Below, in pieces: positions 61,128-64,000 of a stretch of DNA of 64,000 bases; position 1 is the first letter of the stretch; every line of letters starts with the position of its first letter. Made by a program: the position numbers and the translations under genes. The notes beneath the pieces are model-generated. The model made no database searches. It worked only from the letters and a program-made list of their open reading frames with translations, and was not told the DNA's origin. The stretch comes from an uncultured Nitrososphaerota archaeon (GTDB lineage Archaea; Thermoproteota; Methanomethylicia; Culexarchaeales; Culexmicrobiaceae): assembly GCA_964462875.1 (NCBI GenBank), contig CAYWZQ010000007.1, positions 325-64,324 of the forward strand, written 5' to 3'.

Positions 61128-62189
61128 GTGATTAAAAGCATTGAAGACAATCTTATACATGCATTTCATGCAAGCAATGAAGGGCAAAAACCATTCAATC
61201 CAAATGAATTAGAACAATTAAAAAAGTTAATTGAAAAGAAATACGTTAAAGTAATTGCATGCAATAGAGACTCCAGATCCCCACATAAAGCAAAATCTTG
61301 CAAAGTAAAAATTGCATGGCTTACAAAAAGGGGATTGGCTAAGTCTAGAAGATTGATCCTAAAGAAATTAGACAGCAAACTCACTAGGCTAAGTAATTAC
61401 CTAGACAATAAACCATCAAGACTCAGAATGATAGTCCTATATATGCTAACAGCACAACTAAACCCAGCAATCAACTATCATAAACACTATGAAAACACAA
61501 ACATACTAGAAGAAGTATTGCCAGGAGAAGTACTTCAAGAATATGATAAGCTAATAAATAAAATGATTGAACTAAATCTAGCAGCCAAAGCATCAATAAA
61601 TCACACAACCAAAGGATGGAAAAACCCGGAGCTTACAATTGCCAATACCATTAAAGAAAGAATACTAAAAAAGTATAGGCAAGTAAGTCTACCACTCATA
61701 ATAGACCTAGCAATAGTACTTTACCATGCAATTACAATTGAAAACAAGCTAATCAATGAATTAGCAATCCATGGATACATGGAAACCACAAAATATACGG
61801 AATATATAATCAAAAATGCAGCAAACATAAAACAGCTACTAACCATAACATCAAACCTCTACACAGCAAACATAAGATATGCTCAGGTAAATTGGAAGCA
61901 AATATTAAAAGCAGAAACAAAACAGCTCAAAACAACCAAAAACATAGCAATAAAAATACTACATGGCATAGCAACCCAAGGAGTACTTCAAGCATCACAT
62001 ACCAGACTGAAAACAACAAAGAAACTAATAAAAACACTAGTAACCCAATGGATCAAAACAGGACAAATTCTAAACCTCAAAATGGAAACCAATGACTGGG
62101 ACACCCTAACTCAAAAAGCCCATCAAAAAGAGATGAAACAATATGTGGAGAGACAGCTTAAACAGCAAAGCAATTCAATTACAAATTAA
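61128..62189 (+). CDS. Hypothetical protein (possible N-terminal winged helix)
   Basis: 353-aa open frame with GGAG upstream of GTG; no recognisable family. Confidence 0.55.
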   Translation: MIKSIEDNLIHAFHASNEGQKPFNPNELEQLKKLIEKKYVKVIACNRDSRSPHKAKSCKVKIAWLTKRGLAKSRRLILKKLDSKLTRLSNYLDNKPSRLRMIVLYMLTAQLNPAINYHKHYENTNILEEVLPGEVLQEYDKLINKMIELNLAAKASINHTTKGWKNPELTIANTIKERILKKYRQVSLPLIIDLAIVLYHAITIENKLINELAIHGYMETTKYTEYIIKNAANIKQLLTITSNLYTANIRYAQVNWKQILKAETKQLKTTKNIAIKILHGIATQGVLQASHTRLKTTKKLIKTLVTQWIKTGQILNLKMETNDWDTLTQKAHQKEMKQYVERQLKQQSNSITN

Positions 62190-62312
62190 GATTCCACTCC
62201 ATGAACAAGAACGTATAGATAAAATATAAATAATGGAGACATCATGGAGAAGACAATAAACTTAAACCTCAGACATCCAAGCTACTCCAAAGATCAGCAG
62301 CACACAAGTAAA

Positions 62313-62849
62313 CTATGCATACCTCAACATTTTCGATAATTCAAGAAGCCTCTCAGCTTCAGCAAGCGTTAAATACTTCATCCTACCAATAACTCTAAAC
62401 ACCCCAGCAATCTCACATAAAACCCTAAAGTTAACCTCAAGAACACTCCTAACATCAGAGCTACCCTTAATCTTCACAAGAAAAAGCTTCAAATTATTCA
62501 TCGCCAACCCAAAAACCTCATACTTCCTATCACCAGTCAAAGCATGAAGCATAATCGACAAATACGATAAAAACCTCACATCATGAAAATAAACTGAAAC
62601 CTGCAACCTCAAAACATCACTAGAAGCATTAGTACTAAGCAAGAAACCCAAAGTAGAATCCAAATCACCAAGCTCACCAAGCGGAACATCCGCAAACGCA
62701 TAAACACTATAAATCAAAAACCTCCTCCTCTCCTCCTCAACCCACCACCTATAAAAATAAGCACCAACACACACCCCCAACAACAAAACAACAACCAAAA
62801 ACAACCAAGACAAATACCTAGCAACAAAACCCCTAACATCAAAACCCAT
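62313..62849 (-). CDS. Hypothetical membrane-anchored protein
   Basis: Single N-terminal hydrophobic helix followed by a helical domain; extreme G/T codon bias; start uncertain (62849 or 62939). Confidence 0.55.
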   Translation of the reverse strand: MGFDVRGFVARYLSWLFLVVVLLLGVCVGAYFYRWWVEEERRRFLIYSVYAFADVPLGELGDLDSTLGFLLSTNASSDVLRLQVSVYFHDVRFLSYLSIMLHALTGDRKYEVFGLAMNNLKLFLVKIKGSSDVRSVLEVNFRVLCEIAGVFRVIGRMKYLTLAEAERLLELSKMLRYA

Positions 62850-62983
62850 AAAACACACCACCAAAACAAAAACCCACAAACAACAAAATAAACATGACAT
62901 CAATAACAAATCAACGACTAACCACAAGCGAGAATTCATTTTAGTTAGTTAAAGCAAATTATTACTTCAATTTTTATAAATTA

Positions 62984-63520
62984 ATGGAGAGGATAAGTTT
63001 GCTTGAGCTAGTAACTCTAATTCTCGTTATTGCCCTATTAGTACTACTATGGAATTACATAAGAATTAAAGGGGAAATCGAATATAGAGCCAGAATTCTA
63101 TTTAATACTTGGCGTACTAGAGAACTTGAGCGCGAAGCCAATGAGAGAGCTAGAATTCTCCTTGAAAAGTGGAAGCTCGAAGTCGAGAAGGAAATTAGAG
63201 AAGACGCAATAAAAAGATCCATGGCTACAATACTGGGACGCATCGGTGAACAACTAGCCCCAATAATTCTATTCTCAAATTACGGAATTGAACCTAAAGA
63301 CATCAGATTCCTCGGAACACCAATAGACTTCATAGCATTCAAAGGCCTACATAAAGGCGAATTAGAACAAGTAATATTCATCGAAGTCAAAAGCGGAAAA
63401 ACAACTACCCTCACCAAAACAGAAAAAGCAATAAAAGAATTAATTGAAACAGGCAAAGTATCATGGCTACTCTTACACATACCAGAAGAAATAAAGAAAA
63501 TTGAAACAAAAATCACATAA
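62984..63520 (+). CDS. Membrane-anchored Holliday junction resolvase-like PD-(D/E)xK endonuclease (Endonuc_Holl / COG4741 type)
   Basis: N-terminal TM, coiled coil, R.DAI.RS....G...EQL.P, RFLG.PIDF..F.G, F.EVKSG. Confidence 0.88.
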   Translation: MERISLLELVTLILVIALLVLLWNYIRIKGEIEYRARILFNTWRTRELEREANERARILLEKWKLEVEKEIREDAIKRSMATILGRIGEQLAPIILFSNYGIEPKDIRFLGTPIDFIAFKGLHKGELEQVIFIEVKSGKTTTLTKTEKAIKELIETGKVSWLLLHIPEEIKKIETKIT

Positions 63521-63610
63521 AGACCAATCCACATTATAGGCATATAAAAGACAACACTCATTCAACACTGAAGTGTAAAACAAGTATCTTAGCCATTGGA
63601 GGGAGAATAA

Positions 63611-63847
63611 ATGAATCTTAAAGTGCTATTTGAAGTCCACGAGAAAAACGAGGAATGGTTCAGCGCTCACCTAAAAGAGCTTGAGCCAAAATATAGAGGC
63701 AAGTTCTTAGCAATCAAAGATCAAAAAGTTATCGCTGCTGAAGAGAATCTAGAGAAGTTACTAGCCACTCTTAAAGAAAAAGGTATTGACCTCGACTTAG
63801 TTTTCATCGCATCCATCCCACCAAAAGATGTAGCTCTAATTTTATAA
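63611..63847 (+). CDS. DUF5678-like small protein
   Basis: 'N..WF......L...Y.GK.LAI....VI' pattern; GGAGGGAG RBS. Confidence 0.75.
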   Translation: MNLKVLFEVHEKNEEWFSAHLKELEPKYRGKFLAIKDQKVIAAEENLEKLLATLKEKGIDLDLVFIASIPPKDVALIL

Positions 63848-63942
63848 TGAGAATTTAAATGAAAATTCCTCCAAAGGTTTGAATATGCTTTCGAATAAAT
63901 GACCTCAAGAATTTGAAGCTAAAATCCACCAACCATAACTAG

Positions 63943-63987
63943 TGGTGGTAGCAGGTAAGTTAGAACCACTGACCTCGGGGTTGTGAG
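63943..63987 (-). pseudogene. Degenerate tRNA 3' half (possible att-site remnant)
   Basis: Minus strand CTCACAA-CCCCG-AGGTC-AGTGG-TTCTAAC-TTACC-TGCTACC-A-CCA has exact tRNA 3'-half spacing; no 5' half in the adjacent AT-rich bases. Confidence 0.55.
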
Positions 63988-64000
63988 TATGTTAATTAAT

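Overview
Gene-dense archaeal chromosome segment from a TACK/Thermoproteota-type organism. The placement is inferred from Rpo8, an augmented SmAP3, Alba and non-canonical tRNA introns, together with a PolD small subunit, which points to a basal lineage rather than classical Sulfolobales/Desulfurococcales. Most of the window is housekeeping: translation (two ribosomal protein clusters, AspRS, LeuRS, AlaRS, EF-1beta, eIF6), RNA processing and modification, proteostasis (two proteasome beta subunits, PAC2, Cdc48, prefoldin), DNA metabolism and cofactor/lipid enzymes. I added three ribosomal protein genes missing from the ORF track, three tRNAs (two with non-canonical introns) and two C/D-box guide sRNAs with readable targets. 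The best candidate for an undescribed system is an AT-rich five-gene minus-strand cassette at 12.5-17.6 kb directly downstream of rpo8. It runs divergent TFB paralogue > divergent CpaF/VirB11 ATPase > two TadB/TadC-like membrane proteins > Flp-like pilin, that is, a pilus locus carrying its own basal transcription factor. The last ~3.5 kb is an accessory, strongly A/C-skewed region ending in a decayed tRNA 3' half (possible att scar). No CRISPR array, rRNA gene or transposase was seen. All calls come from reading the sequence and recalled family motifs; no searches were run.
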